Below, piece after piece: positions 12,954 through 26,800 of a DNA stretch of 64,000 bases. Under the pieces are notes generated by a model. That model saw nothing but the letters and a program-made list of their open reading frames with translations, was not told the DNA's origin and did no database searches. Positions within the stretch are counted from its first letter, which is position 1; each line of letters begins with the position of its first letter. Made by a program: the position numbers and the translations under genes. The stretch is from the IMG/VR virus record IMGVR_UViG_3300045988_086557; one strand, given 5' to 3'. This DNA comes from a virus.

Positions 12954-15674
12954 CTAAGCACTTTCTAAAGCTATATATTTAACCATATTATCTAATGGAT
13001 TAAGAGTATACCTTCCAGTTGAGCCAATCTTTATAATAGACGGATTACTTCCATCTGGACTAGAACTAATTAAAAGGGTAGTTCCTTCATCTGCCTCAAT
13101 GTCAAGTAAAACAATATCACTAAAAGTATAATAAATCTCGCCATCTGTCAACTATCCATCATCATTTAATTCAAAATGAGTATTGTATATAAGCTCAACT
13201 TGTTTCTATGTCTCTTCTTTTATTATCTCGTAAATATTAATGGTTTTATATAGATTAAAGGTTGTATTATCAACAATAGTATCTCCCTATTTATCCTTAA
13301 CTAAAAACTTTTCCATATTTGGTGGAACATTACTAAATATACGATAAGTTTCACTGTTTCTATAATCGTAATTATAGAATTTTAAAACTCCATCTGTACC
13401 AGTAAAAATTCCAGAAATCTATCCCCAAATGCGAGAAGCATCAATAGCAGAAACGACTCCAACAGAAACGTCCTCAACCTAATTCAACTAGCAAACATAA
13501 TTTACAATAATAGGAACGCTAGACGCGGACAAAGATAAAGAATTTACATTTTCATTTAAATGATAAACTCTATTTGGAGCAACTAAAATTCTTGAACCAT
13601 TAACATTAATTTCGATAGTTGCGGATTCAGGACCATCAAGAGCGAGAATCAAATCTTTACATTCCTAAATCTGTCTATCATATTCAGAAGTATCCTCGTC
13701 ATCTCCCGCGGCTTCAGATTTAAGAGCTTCTAATTCTAGTAATCGTGCAGTCAAATCTATTTTTGGATATTGCTCAATCTAAATATCTGTAACTTGAATT
13801 AAATTAAGTTTATATCCTCCGCCTATACTAACTTCTTCCTGCTCTCTTATCTTTGCATATAAATCTATATTTCTACCATAAATTCCACTTAACTATCCGA
13901 AAGAATTTATTCTATCTTCGCTAGCCAAACTTTCAAATTTACCAATATTTATTATATTAACTTCATTTAAATTTTCTATGGTATTCTCTAAAACTTCATA
14001 CGCAGTAGCAGAAAAAGAGTAAATCATGCGGCCGACCGTATTATTCGGAGTCAAAGATACATTCAGCAAGCCTATAATTATATTTCCTTCGGTAGAAGAT
14101 TTAAAGAGCTTATAATTAAAATCATTTAAAAATTCTTCCACTTTTTCTCTAAATATTCTTTCAATAAAAATATTATCATTTGTTAAACTAGTTGAGATAG
14201 ATAATTTATTTTCATCTGTAGAAACTTCAGAATAAGTTTCCTACTTCTCTTGACATTTTCCTCTGGTTACATTGTTTTTAATAAATTTGTCTTTGGGAAT
14301 TACTAATTCATTATTGTAATAAAGTCCATCATCTTTTAAAGAGAAAAATGTCTAATCTTCATCCATCTAAAAACTTATTAATCCAGAAATTGGAAACTCT
14401 GCATAATAAGCCTTACCATTCTAAACCAAATGAGGATATTTACTTCCTAAGGTATCTTGTTTACTTCTTAAAGTAGTATGTTTAAAGCTGGATAATGTCT
14501 AATTAAGAGATAACTTTAACTATATATTATCCCTATAAATATAGCTATATTGGAAATCAACACTTCTACCTTGGTTACTTGTATCATATACCTAAGAAGT
14601 CCGCAACCCTGCTGAATTTTCCTATTGTATGGCATATTTATATCTTATACCACTTTCAATAGTAAAATCAACATGAATAACTGAATCATTTAATACTTGA
14701 TTAGAAAATTTAAGATATTTTAAATCTTCCCATATCTAATAATTACTTTTTTCAGAACTTCTTGTTATTACATAACTACCACTAAGTCCATTTTTAGCAG
14801 TACAAAATATTTTTATACAACCATTTTCTCGACAATATACATCATTATCCTCAACTCTAATAGATACTCCCTCTAAATCTCCCAAATAGGTCCTATTAAC
14901 TGAAAAATTATAAGGCTCTGATTCTCCTTCATATTCATTGATAGTAATAATAGAGTAGACTACTGTATAGCTTTTATTATTGGTTAACACGGTTTTAAAT
15001 CTATAAGTATCGGTATTATTAATAGAACCATTGTGCTATAACCATCCAGATGTTTCAAGTAAATAATTGGGATCTTTAGAGGCTCCTTCATACAAATCAA
15101 ATTTATATCTATCCAATAATTCATTACTAGCAGAGCTAATATTAAAGCTTCCTATAAACAAAGGAGTAAGAGTTGCCTCTATTCTTTCAGTAGATATAAC
15201 ATCTTCTCGTTTAGCTTCATCGTTTTCTATTTTAATAATTGGTGTATCTATAGCCTTGATTATCATTACAGTAGACCATTCAGAAAAGGCTCCCGCGTCT
15301 ATCTGCTATTGTTTCCAAGTGGCAAATTCTGATAATGAAGTATACATTGGATTTATACCAAAACGCATTTGTACTTTGTATAAATAGCCTGGCTACCAAG
15401 ATTCGGCTAATTCGCTTCTATTAATTGATACAAAATATTGATTTCCTAAAGACCCTATCGCAGAAGGAGCTTTATAAATAGTTCCATCTGGATATTGGTC
15501 TGTATTTACAATACTTTTATTATTAGACTAACGAACTAACCGCACTTGTACATGACCTATATCATTAAAAGACGTAATTGACTATAGCGTAAAATTTATC
15601 TGATATACGTTCACGCTAGAAAGAAATGCTGGCTATGTACTCTACAAAGTAGGCGGATAAATACTAATTGGCAC
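12954..15674 (-). CDS. large tail structural protein (about 907 aa, TAG-containing)
   Basis: GTG after AAGGAGG; track ORFs 15036..15266, 14736..14990, 13893..14141 and 12954..13151 all lie in this frame and are joined only by TAG codons. Confidence 0.45.
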
Positions 15675-15744
15675 AATTAACGCCTCCTTTTTCTCATCTA
15701 AAATATTTAAAAAATCTTATATTTTTTATAAATATAATTGGCCA

Positions 15745-15776
15745 AGAGGCTGACGAGTTTTACTCCTCGTCAGCCT
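15745..15776. terminator. perfect 12-bp GC-rich hairpin 'GAGGCTGACGAG ttttactc CTCGTCAGCCTC' overlapping the 3' end of the upstream minus-strand gene
   Basis: read directly; only strong GC palindrome in this AT-rich stretch; no clear T-run, so it could be an RNA stability or processing element rather than a terminator. Confidence 0.35.
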
Positions 15777-16131
15777 CCACCATAAAATATAGAGTATTCA
15801 TAACTTTTAAAGGAATATCATACCCCTATAAAATATCAATAGAAAAAGTCGCTAATGGAACACTAGTATTAACCGCCAATAAAGCATTTAATTCTTGATT
15901 AGCCGCTTCCCTTTTCTCCTCTGAAATCTAATAGGTTATATCATCAACTTTTTCTCCATATCTTTCAATAATCTTTTTTCGTTCGTTATAAATATCCTCA
16001 GCAATAGGAGAAAGAATTTTAAAATTTCTTATTACTGCATATGATACGCTCGCGGGAAGAAGTGAGCAATCTTGTATTGTAGAATTTAAATTCTCAACTG
16101 CTTCCAAAATATCCTTGTTTAACATTTTCAT
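15759..16131 (-). CDS. hypothetical protein (about 124 aa, 2 in-frame TAG)
   Basis: track ORF 15928..16131 continues through TAG to TAA inside the hairpin. Confidence 0.35.
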
Positions 16132-16152
16132 AATTAAGACTCCTTTTTCTCT

Positions 16153-16892
16153 TATGGCGAAACCGCATCTGCTAAAGCTTCAAATAAAGCTGCACTAATC
16201 AAAGTTTTATCTGCGGTAACTCTTGAAGTCCCGCAAGCAGATGCCATAGAATTATAAACACTCGCAGTTATCCAATCACCACGAGAAACTTTTAAATTAT
16301 TGTATGAAGAATACTGATTTGACTAGTTTCTCCAACTTTTATATTTACCAACCTAGTCAGCTAACTAATTCCATTTGCTGGCTGTAGCATAATCTGCTAT
16401 ATAATCTCCAGGACTGCATCCAAAAGAAAAGCTAGTTGGTTGCGTATATACAGTTACACTATCAGATGCAGATCCTAAACTAACTGTTGTCCTAGACGTA
16501 GTTGGCCCAGTAGTTGTTGTTACATCTTCATATATTGGATTCCCATTTTCATCTTTTCCTACTTCTTCTCTATGAGTAGACCATCGAGTTACAGTAGTGG
16601 TTTTCGTACATCTAGCACTTAATGTGCCTCTAACTGTGTTTGCCCTTCCCGCGGTTAAACCAGTAAAATTATGAGTTGGTTCTTTTGAACTAGAGCTGCC
16701 TCCATCACTAAAGCTCCAACTCCATACTGTATTGCTATAAGAAATAGTAGTTCTAGAACCGTTTTTACTATCTCCCGTAGTAGTCGTTCCAGAATCACTT
16801 GGATATACCCATCCTACCGCAGTACAACTTATTGAAGCATATCTCTATCCAACACTAGAGTAAGAAGGAGAATGTAAAGTTACAGAACCCAT
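16153..16892 (-). CDS. hypothetical Ser/Thr-rich virion protein (about 246 aa, TAG-containing)
   Basis: manual translation 'MGSVTLHSPSYSSVG.RYASISCTAVGW...' continuous to TAA. Confidence 0.35.
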
Positions 16893-16906
16893 ATACTATC
16901 AACTCC

Positions 16907-19900
16907 TTACGCAAATTGGGCATAAATACCATCCTATCCAGATTTTGGCACATTCATATGGAATTGATTTGCATTAACCCAAATACCTGCTCCTTCAGTA
17001 TTTAAAGCAATATTTCTGGCAGATTTAAGAATAATACTCTACCCTCTTCCAATAGTTGCAATACCAATATTATCAGTTACTCCATCATCATCCTCACCTG
17101 GAACATACCCCAAATATCCAAGATAAGTGTTCCAATTCCTTCCCATATAAATCTGTACCTAATTAGTTTCAAGACCTTCATCAGATAATCTTGTTACACC
17201 ATTTCTAATATCACTTTCAGTGATAGTCCAGCCACCAATCTCACCGTTATTGCAAGTCAAAGTAGTTGCATTAATATCTCCACTAATATCTACATTATCT
17301 GATTCAAAATCATCACACACAATTCTACCATTTGAATATAGTGTAGTTCTTCCTCCAGAAATTCTATTAGAACTGATAGTCCAGCCACCAATCTCACCAT
17401 CATCTGCGTAAATTGAACCATTAATTGTTGCATTTTTACACTACATTTCTCCAGAGCTAGTAACATAAAAGTAAGAGGATCCAGAGAAGACTGGTCTATC
17501 TGCTGTACTACTAGAACTAGCTCCTGCCCAAAAACGATAAGTGCCTGAGCTCGCTATTCCAGTTCTATAATTATCACTAGTTAACTTATTAGAAGAAAGA
17601 ATCCAACCTCCAATATTTCCCTATTTAGCAGTAATTAATCCGCCTTTAGAAACAGAAAATTTAGCACTTGATGCTGTAGCACTTCCTGCCCAAATAGCAA
17701 AATCATTATTATTAGTAGGAGTAGAAGTATTGGTTGGAGATTGGCTATTTAATTCAACTCTCGTTGAGCCAGAGCCGCTATATAGTCTATTGGTTTCAAT
17801 AGTCCAACCATTAGATCCTGTTTTCGTTCCTCCAATTTTACCAGAAGAGGCGTAAATAGTCCCTGAAACTTCTGCATTGGTTGCTTTTACAGTTCCATTA
17901 TATTTTACTGTAAAAGCTCCTCCGCCAATCTTTATAGCTTCGGTAGATCCATCTGCTTTAAGATCAGCAAGAGTAATAGTCATTCCATTAGAGGCATCCC
18001 CACCTTCTTCTGAAGAATTCCCTCCACCATAAATCTTCGCTGAAGTTCCATCAATAATGATCTATCCTCCACCACTTTTAGCTCCAAAAAACGCTGTTCC
18101 ATTTTCCATTAAACCAAAAGTATTAACTCCAGCTTTATAACCATATAAACCTATTTTATCTTGAACGCTATCTTTTCCCATAACTACACCAGTAAAACGA
18201 TTAAAACTATCTTTCTCTCCTGCTCCAATCTATGGAGCTAAGATATACTAACCATTTTCTTCATCAATTTGTAGCTATGTGCCATCCCATCCATTTATTA
18301 GCTCATTGCCATATGTATCAAGATATAAAATAACGGGATGGTAGATATATTTTCCTTCGTATTCACATTTTAATAAAGCAATATTATTATCTTCAAAAAT
18401 AAAACTAGATGCAGGTTCAAGATAATAAAGATTATCTTTTTCTTCAACTGTTAAAATTTCTTTTACAAGAGAAGAAATATTACGACTATAATCCTAATTA
18501 TTAACAATAAATTCAATGTTATTGCTATAAAAGGATGGATTAACACCAGACGCAGTATATTTAATATAAGAAGGAATAGAACTAATATCAATATTATTTA
18601 ATTCATCATCACTAAAATTAACAGCAACATCAATAGGGTAATTACAGTAAATTTCATAGGCTCTATTATTCTTATTGTCATTAATAGTTACCTAAACTTT
18701 TACATATCCGCCTGCGGGATTTGAGATCAACTATGTTGTACCACTTGCTATTTTGCGGTCATCATTCTCGCCTTCCCGCAATTCAATATTAACACCAGTC
18801 CATTTATAAGATAGGGTGTAATTACCATTATTATTGATTAATTCTCCATCTTTATATACATAGCATCTTATAGGTAATTCATTTACCCAAGATTCATCTC
18901 TATAAACTAATGGAGTTAATCCAGATAGTTTCAATCCAGTGTCAGGATCAAATGGTCTAATAGCACTTACGTATGTAGTACCATTTGTACCCTAATCACC
19001 ATCTTTTAAGAACAGAATTTCTTTTCGGAAAGAATATTCTTGCTCATCCATAGTGATTATACGAACTAAGATAGTATTATTGTTAAAATTAACTTTATAC
19101 TTCTACTTAATAGTATAATGTAAAATATTACTATTGTCAACCCAGAGGTTTTCAATCATAGACTCGCTAGGATTATATCTTGAATTAGTAATATCTTTTC
19201 CATCTGGACCAATCCATTCTACTTTATAAGAAGTTCCTACACCATCTTTCCAAGTTAAAACAACTTGAAGAGTACGTTCTTTTTCAGCGTCTTCAATAGC
19301 TATATCTCCATTTGCATCATATCTGAATGTATCTTCTCCATTATAGGTAATTGTTACATCTTCTTCAGAAGAGCTATTTGTGACAAGATGTTCTAATACA
19401 GAGATAATCTCGGTATGTTCTTTATTATAAACTCCACAAATAAAAGTGACAGAAGAGTACAATAACAAATTAGTAACTGTGATGGAATTTTGCTATAATC
19501 CAACTGCTGTATAGCTTCCATCTGGATAAAGCATATACCAATCTCCAATAAGAACGGTGTTATCCGCATTGTTCTAAATTTGAATGATAATATCTTCTCC
19601 TACTGTTGTTTGTTTAAGCTGAAAATCATAGTTACTTGTTAAATTATATATCATTACTTCCGCACTCAATGTTACGCTATCATTATATATAACCACTAAT
19701 TTATACTACTTCTAATGTTTCACTTGCTCAGCCTTAAGTGTCATCGTATTGCTCTCGGACGCTGTGACGGGAGCCCATCCTACACCACCATTTTTATCGT
19801 AAGAATCGCTACCTAACAAAACACTTACATCTCGCTCAAACCACTTACATTTACAAGTTTGTTCATCTATTATATTATCGCCCTAATAAATTAATCGACC

Positions 19901-20822
19901 AACTAAATCAAGAGAAGAGATCTCGTTGGTAAATGAATTTCCTTGCGGGGTCGAAATATCTAAATAATATAAATTATCTGTTAAATCTTTCTATTCAACA
20001 AACTAAATCTCTATATCCTTTACAAAAATGTTAGGTACAGTTCTATTCTCTTTATCTGTAACTACACCAGATTCCACATAACGATCATAGACAAAATTTT
20101 CTTCAAATAACTTAATCTATTTAAGTCCAGTTAAATAATTTTTTTGAGCCTTAATAACCACAGATTGCGGGCTGTAGACCTAAAAGCGATAGGGATCTCC
20201 ATTAAAAGAACTTAAATCAAGCTTATAAGAAACTATATCTCCGCTCTTTGTAAAAAACTATATATCTAAACCATAATTTCCTTTGGTATGTTCACAATGG
20301 AAAGTAGTTAAGAAAGAGGCTTTTATTCTAATAAGCTCATTGTTATTTGCATACTATTGGAATAGTCCATGATATCCTTCTTCATTACCACTATAAATAA
20401 TCTACTAACTTAAATCACTATCTGCTGGTGCGCCTGCTACGACGCCCCTTTCCGCATCTTTGTCATAATCATACATTGTATCAAATGTTGGGCTTTTTTC
20501 TATTATTGAATTAGAAAGCGACAGCATCTCTCCATATGATAATGATTGTTCATTTGTCTTACAAACAATTCTTTTTCTTGCAGATAAATCATCCTGGGGA
20601 ATAGTAACATATACAGTATCCCCTACTTTATACTGCTTTTTTACATCATCCGCAAAAGCAGAAACTATATTTCCAGAATATTTAACTTTATACTCTCCGC
20701 TATCAAGATTAACAATACTACTAATCTCTGCTGAAATAGTCTTATCATAAGTTAATTTTGATAGTGCTTTATCAACTAGAATATCTATCGTCTAAAAGAT
20801 AGATTCAGAAGCAGTATTCATT
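16907..20822 (-). CDS. giant tail protein (about 1300 aa) with C-terminal repeated 'G.IGGWTI' beta-helix-like units; candidate tail-associated lysin/receptor-binding protein
   Basis: includes track ORFs 19103..19468, 18731..18934 and 17621..17983 (same frame) joined by TAG. Repeats 'GKIGGTKTGSNGWTIETNRLYSG', 'GNIGGWILSSNKLTSD', 'GEIGGWTISSNRISGG', 'GEIGGWTITESDIRNG'. N-terminal start/frame not fully verified. Confidence 0.4.
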
Positions 20823-20845
20823 ATTTATCCTCCTTTTTCTCATAG

Positions 20846-20880
20846 GGATAATAGGGGAGGAAATCTCCCCTATTATCCCT
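20846..20880. other. perfect 15-bp stem-loop 'GGGATAATAGGGGAG gaaat CTCCCCTATTATCCC' at the TMP stop, preceding the next gene's RBS
   Basis: read directly; no T-tract; candidate RNA processing/stability or translational coupling element. Confidence 0.5.
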
Positions 20881-23800
20881 TTCTTCTATTTGCCCATTGA
20901 GTAGCATCATCAGCTAAACTACGAATAGCATCTTGAATTTCATCAGAAGATGTCGCATTTGGGAACTCAACTCGCTCAATATTTATATACGGTTCAACTG
21001 TGTTATCTGCTGGAGTAATCTAAGTATTAGATCCTAATCTTGATGCCATAAGATTAGAAATAGATAGTGCATTTCCATCAAGCGCTTTCTCTATAGAAGC
21101 TATAAAACTAGGTTCAAAAGCTCTTATAGCAGAAACCGCCGCGAGAATATTTTTCGTATCTTCTTGATTTAAAACTAACTCTTTTTCGTGTAAGAAAGCT
21201 AATTTAGCATTATCAAATTCTCCAGTATAACCCCCTGTATCAAATCCGCTTATTTGACTTTCTTTTAACCAGCCATATGCAGAATTATTAGACTATACAT
21301 GAATCGGATATGGTCTGCCTTTGGCTATATTAGTTATTTTAACTTTCTTGCCGGGCCCACGTCTACCTGCTGGATCTGTGCCATAAGAATCATGATAATA
21401 AGTTCCACCAGTATAAATGACTTCGTCTCCTACTTCTGGGATTCCATTGCCACTTCCAGTTCCTCCACTGGAAGATCCGCTATTACTATTGCTAGAGTTA
21501 TTATCAGAAGATTGATCTGAATTAGCGGGAGGTAAATCATCTTTATCTATTCCTCCAGCGCTTTCTATTGTATTTCCAGCTGCTCTAGCAGCCTCCTCAA
21601 GAGCCCTTATATATTCTCTAACTGATTCAGCCATATCTAAATATTCTTGACTTAAATCTTGAATAGTGCTTATCTATTCTAACATCTAAGTGACAGCTTC
21701 TGATCCCGCATCAGAACATAACTCTGTAGAAGTTGTAACATCATCAAGATAACCTTCTAAATCATCAAGACTTGTTCCAGTCTAATCTGCAACTCCAGAG
21801 ACAGTAGTTTGATAATCTTCCATCGCTCCGCTTGCTTCGTTCATGGCCTTAGATAGAAAATCTTCAAAATTTCCAGCATTAGAAGTCATATTAGCAAGAT
21901 CTTTTGCGAAAACATTATCAAATAAATCAATAAGTTTTGTATTACTTCCAACTATATCTTGAATCTATTCATTATCAGATAATAACAAATCAATAATACT
22001 AGAGCCAGAATTAGCTATAATATCCTAAATTTCTTGACTTGTAATTCCAGTTAGATCACTTACCTCGTCTCCCGCAACAATAGCCATATCAATTAAGGCT
22101 TTATTACCGGCTTCGGTCATATCCTAAATAGCGATCTGTTTTTCGTTCTCTAGATCCTTAACCTTCTGCGTATAATAAGAATAGATTTCTTGCGCGCGGG
22201 CAGATCTTTCCTCATCAGTCAAGGTCATATCAGAATAAATCTCTTTTATTTTATCCTGACATTCTTGCCAAGTAGAAATAATTTCTCCAGTAACGTCTTC
22301 AACCTATTGTTTAGCTATGTTATACCATTCATTCTCTGCATCAAGTAAATTCTATTCCGCATCTGCTATCTAACTCGCATCTGCGGTATATTGATAATTC
22401 CAGTTGCCTTGACTATCTCTTACTAATCTAAGTTGATTCTTTGCATTTTGAGCATCTTCAAGAGCCATCTGAGCCTAAAGAACATTATACTTAGCTTCAA
22501 GAATTTCTAGATCATATTCAGATAAAGTATTATTCTCTCTACGAATATCAATTTCTTCTTGTAACTATTTCAACTAATCTTTCATTTTAGAATTAGTGGC
22601 TTTATCAATATCCTATTGAAGTTTATTATACCAAGAAGATACTTCATATGCTTCATTTACTTTATCTAAATATCTATCTTCTTGCTCAATGTAATGATCG
22701 AACTTGTCTTGTAGCAAATCTAAGCCAACTCCGCCAGAAACCGCCTATCCAAATTCGTATACGGCTCTTTCAATAGCCTAAGTATACATCTCTTGTGCAG
22801 TTTCCATAGCGGCTTGCGCGGAACTTAACATCGCCTATTGAGCTTCATTATATTCTTCTAATAATGCATCTCGATTAGCTTTTAAACCATCATATGCTGG
22901 ATCTGTTTCATCACCATCTAATGCATCTAACGCACTCTAGGCTTCTAAAAGTTCCTATTTAATGCCGTCGTACCACTATTTATTTAACTGCGCATTTGCT
23001 ATTTGAGCTTTCATTGTTTCTTCGCTTACTTTTTGGAGCTATTCAAATCCTTCTTCGGTTTTATATGTAACCCCCTAAAGTGTATACAATTCTTTTATAA
23101 GTCCAAGAACTGATTCATTATGATCAAGTTGATCAGTAAATTCAGCGAATCTTTCAGATGCAGCGTCTAATGCATTTGGCAACATTTCTTCAAGACCCTC
23201 TACCCAATCAAGTAGAGCTTCTGCGGTAGAAATTATTTTACCCTATAAATCAGATATTTTACTTATAATTCCATCAATATCAGTCGCATCCGTTGCGTTA
23301 GCCAATTCTTCTTGATAACTTTTAAGTGTTTCTTCATAATCCTTGATTATTTTTATATTTTCGTTCACACTATTTTCATCAATATGAGCGACTTCAATAC
23401 CATGAGTTAATTCGTCACCAAATGATTCTGCGATCTTTTTAGTTAATTCACGAACAGCATCTTTAGCATCTTTTATTTCTATTACAACTTCAAGTTTATA
23501 TTCAATCTAGTTCAATCTATTATCTGCAATATTTCTTTCTAATTCTTCCTATTCATCCTTTACTTCTTGAATTTTGTCAAGAGTTTCTTCATATTGGGCG
23601 AGAGCATCCTAACGAGCTTGGAATAATTCATCAGCAGCTTCCTTTTGTAACTGCCAACTATCATATTCTGCCTATCTAGCTTCCTATTCATCTTTAGTAA
23701 GATTACTAAAGGTAACTAAAAAAGCATTATAATCTGCCAAGAAATTATTATTATAATCATCTATTATAGATTGAAGAACACTTTGATAATCTTCAATTTC

Positions 23801-26800
23801 TCCATTTTCATCAAAAATAAGAGAATTATTAAACAACCCTTGAAGATCTGCCTAGTCTTTTGTAAGATAAGTTTCAGCTTCATTAAGTAGTTTGTTATAA
23901 TTAGCTTGCTATTTCTCCAATTCTTGAAGTTCTCTCTAGTATGCTTGAAGTTTATTGGCTCCATAGGCTCTATCTATATTATTTCCAATATCATCTAATA
24001 AATCGTTCTAATTCTCAATTTCGCGAGTTATTTCATGGTATCTATCTTCAATATCCTTTAGAGTCTTTTCATCTTCTTCGTCATACTTAGTGCCTTCATT
24101 ATCTCCGCCACTTGAACTTCCCTTTACTCCTTCTATAGCTCCATCAATAGAATCTAATAATTTGCTCTAGGCTATTTTTGCTGCTGCTATAGCCTCATTA
24201 TACCCATCAATACTCCCCTAATAAATGGCCCTTAGCGCTTCTCCAACTGCCTAAGATTGCTTAGCTTCAAGTGCCTCACTAGCATCACCATAAATATTTA
24301 AATCGTCTGCGGTTACAGGTTCTACATCTAAATTTGCAGTTAAAGAATTTAAGAAATCATCAGCGTTACTCGTATCTATTGTTGTTGCAGCCGAACTATC
24401 AAAAGAAACAGCAGAAGTATCAAAATCTTGCTTAGTAACATTATCAGTTCCTATTTGAGATACTTGAATTCCAGTAGCATATGCCGCATCTCTAATTTTT
24501 TCAAGATTAGCAAGAACATTTTGAGTATTTAACTATACATTAGTACTCATGTTCTGCGCGCCCTAAGCAGAATACTCACTAACATTAGTCCATAAAGTCT
24601 ACTAATTTGTATCTTGTGCGGTTAAACTATTGACCTAATCATCTAACATTTCTCCATTAGCAAGATTCTAAGCATTTACATATCCCGCTAATAAAGTTCT
24701 CTTCTGCTCATCTGATAATTCGTTTATAGTTAATTCTCCAGAAGCTAGCTGATCAGCGATCTTAAGCGAAGCTTCAGCCTCTCCTCGTTTAGCCTCTAAA
24801 AGAGAAATAAGATTTTGAAGCATATTAGATTTGGTATCAGCATCAACAGCTAATTGCCCCTAAGAACTATTATAAAATGCTTGATACATCTCATCTGTTA
24901 AAGCAAATGTACCATCCCTTAATAATTCCGCGTTAGCTATAAAACCTGGATAGATAGATTCAATAGCCTTAGCTGCTTCTCTACTAAAACTCCAAACTTG
25001 TTCTCCAGCTTCATTGGTAGTCTAGCTTACTCCATCAGAAATAGCATCGAATACACTTACAATTCCATCAACGGAATTTTCAATCTAATCTAATTGATTC
25101 TAAAAATTTAATTCTGCATTTATTTGTAACTAAGCTGTGCTAGAATCTATATCATCCTATAAACTACTAATTAGCTACTCTGCTAAAGTTACAGTATCAA
25201 TTTTATCTTGAGCTTCTTTTGTCCCATACTCAAATGCACTAACTACGTTATCCGCAGTTTCGGTTTTAAAAGATTCCCAATCAAAATTTTCACCTAACAA
25301 ATCCCAATCAATCGTATAATTATCAAGATTAAATTCTTCTCCGCTATTTAAGCTACCTTGATAATCATTATACGCTTCTCGAACTTGTTCCCAAGCATAA
25401 ACAACTTTTTCTGCACGTTCTAATTCAGAATCGCTATATTGATTTAAAATATCCTATTGCTCAGTTATTCTCTTTTTTGCTTCACTAATCTAATCTATTA
25501 ATCCATTATTGACAGCCTAATAGGACTCATTTATAATCCTCTATAAATAACTCTATTGTTCAACCAAAGTCATAGCAAGGAACTAATTAAAATCAATAAT
25601 TCCTTTTTCTTGATTTCCCCAATCAACAGTTTTAGAAAGTGATTCTAATCCTTCTCGATCTAAATCTCCATCTCCAAGAGTTTCTAAGACAGATTGTGCA
25701 GTAGTTAAAGATTCTGTTGCGTTTTCAACTTCGGAAATAGCATCAGTATATTTTTTAGCACTGTCATAGGCATCCTAAAAAGTCTCCTATGTTAAAGCAC
25801 CCCAATTTAATAAATTTAATACAGAAGTATCATAATTTTCATCTGTAAAAATAGATTCAAGATTACTTTTTAATTCTTCATCATTGACTAATTCTTCAAC
25901 CTCTAAAATTGCGTCATAAATATCTTTAAAGCCACTAATATCAGGATTCAGAGAAGTAGATACTAAATCATTGATTATATCGTTTAATTCTTCGCCTTCA
26001 TATCCAGCAGAAGTGAGCGCCTCTGTAACTTCGTTAACCCAAATTTTATACTACGCTAAACTTGATACTTGATCATCGGTAATAGTCTAATTATTAAACT
26101 CTCCAAGCTATACCCGAATAGCATTTATACTCTCTTTAGTTTCTTTATATTGAGTGACAACCTCTTCCATTTTATCTCGCCACTCAACAGCAGCATTGTA
26201 AAGTCCAGATGCTCCTCTTTCCGAAACAGTCATGCTATTATTCATCAAATTAATAGCATTATTTAATTGATCATAAAAATTAATTAATTCTTCTGTATTA
26301 TTTGGGTCTATAGAAAAAGCTAAGTTTCTTCTTCCACCAATTACATTGTCATTCCAACTACTATATAAAGCGTCCACATTATTGAGAAGAATATTAGATG
26401 CAGTATCTTCTTCGGTGCCATTCCAAAAATCATTAAAACCAGTAAAAGACCCCTCATAATTTCCACCAAAATATACGTGGCCCACGCCCTCTCTCGCGGT
26501 TTCAAGAATGAGAGTTTCATTCGCACGTAACGCTTCTTCTTGGGACTACAAAGTTTCCTAAAGTTCTCTTCTTTGAGCTTCTTGAGCAGCTTTTAAAACA
26601 CTATTATAATCTTCATACTATCCACTTAGTCTAGCTAATGCACTGCCTTCTAAATCATACGCTTCAGCCAACTAACGAGTTAAATCATCTAACTCTTCTT
26701 TTCCATCCCCAGTTTCTTGATAAGTAGATAAGGCATTTTGAGTAGATTGAATTAACTCTCTATTCGCTTGTGCTTCTTCTTTTTTTGCATTTGCCGCATC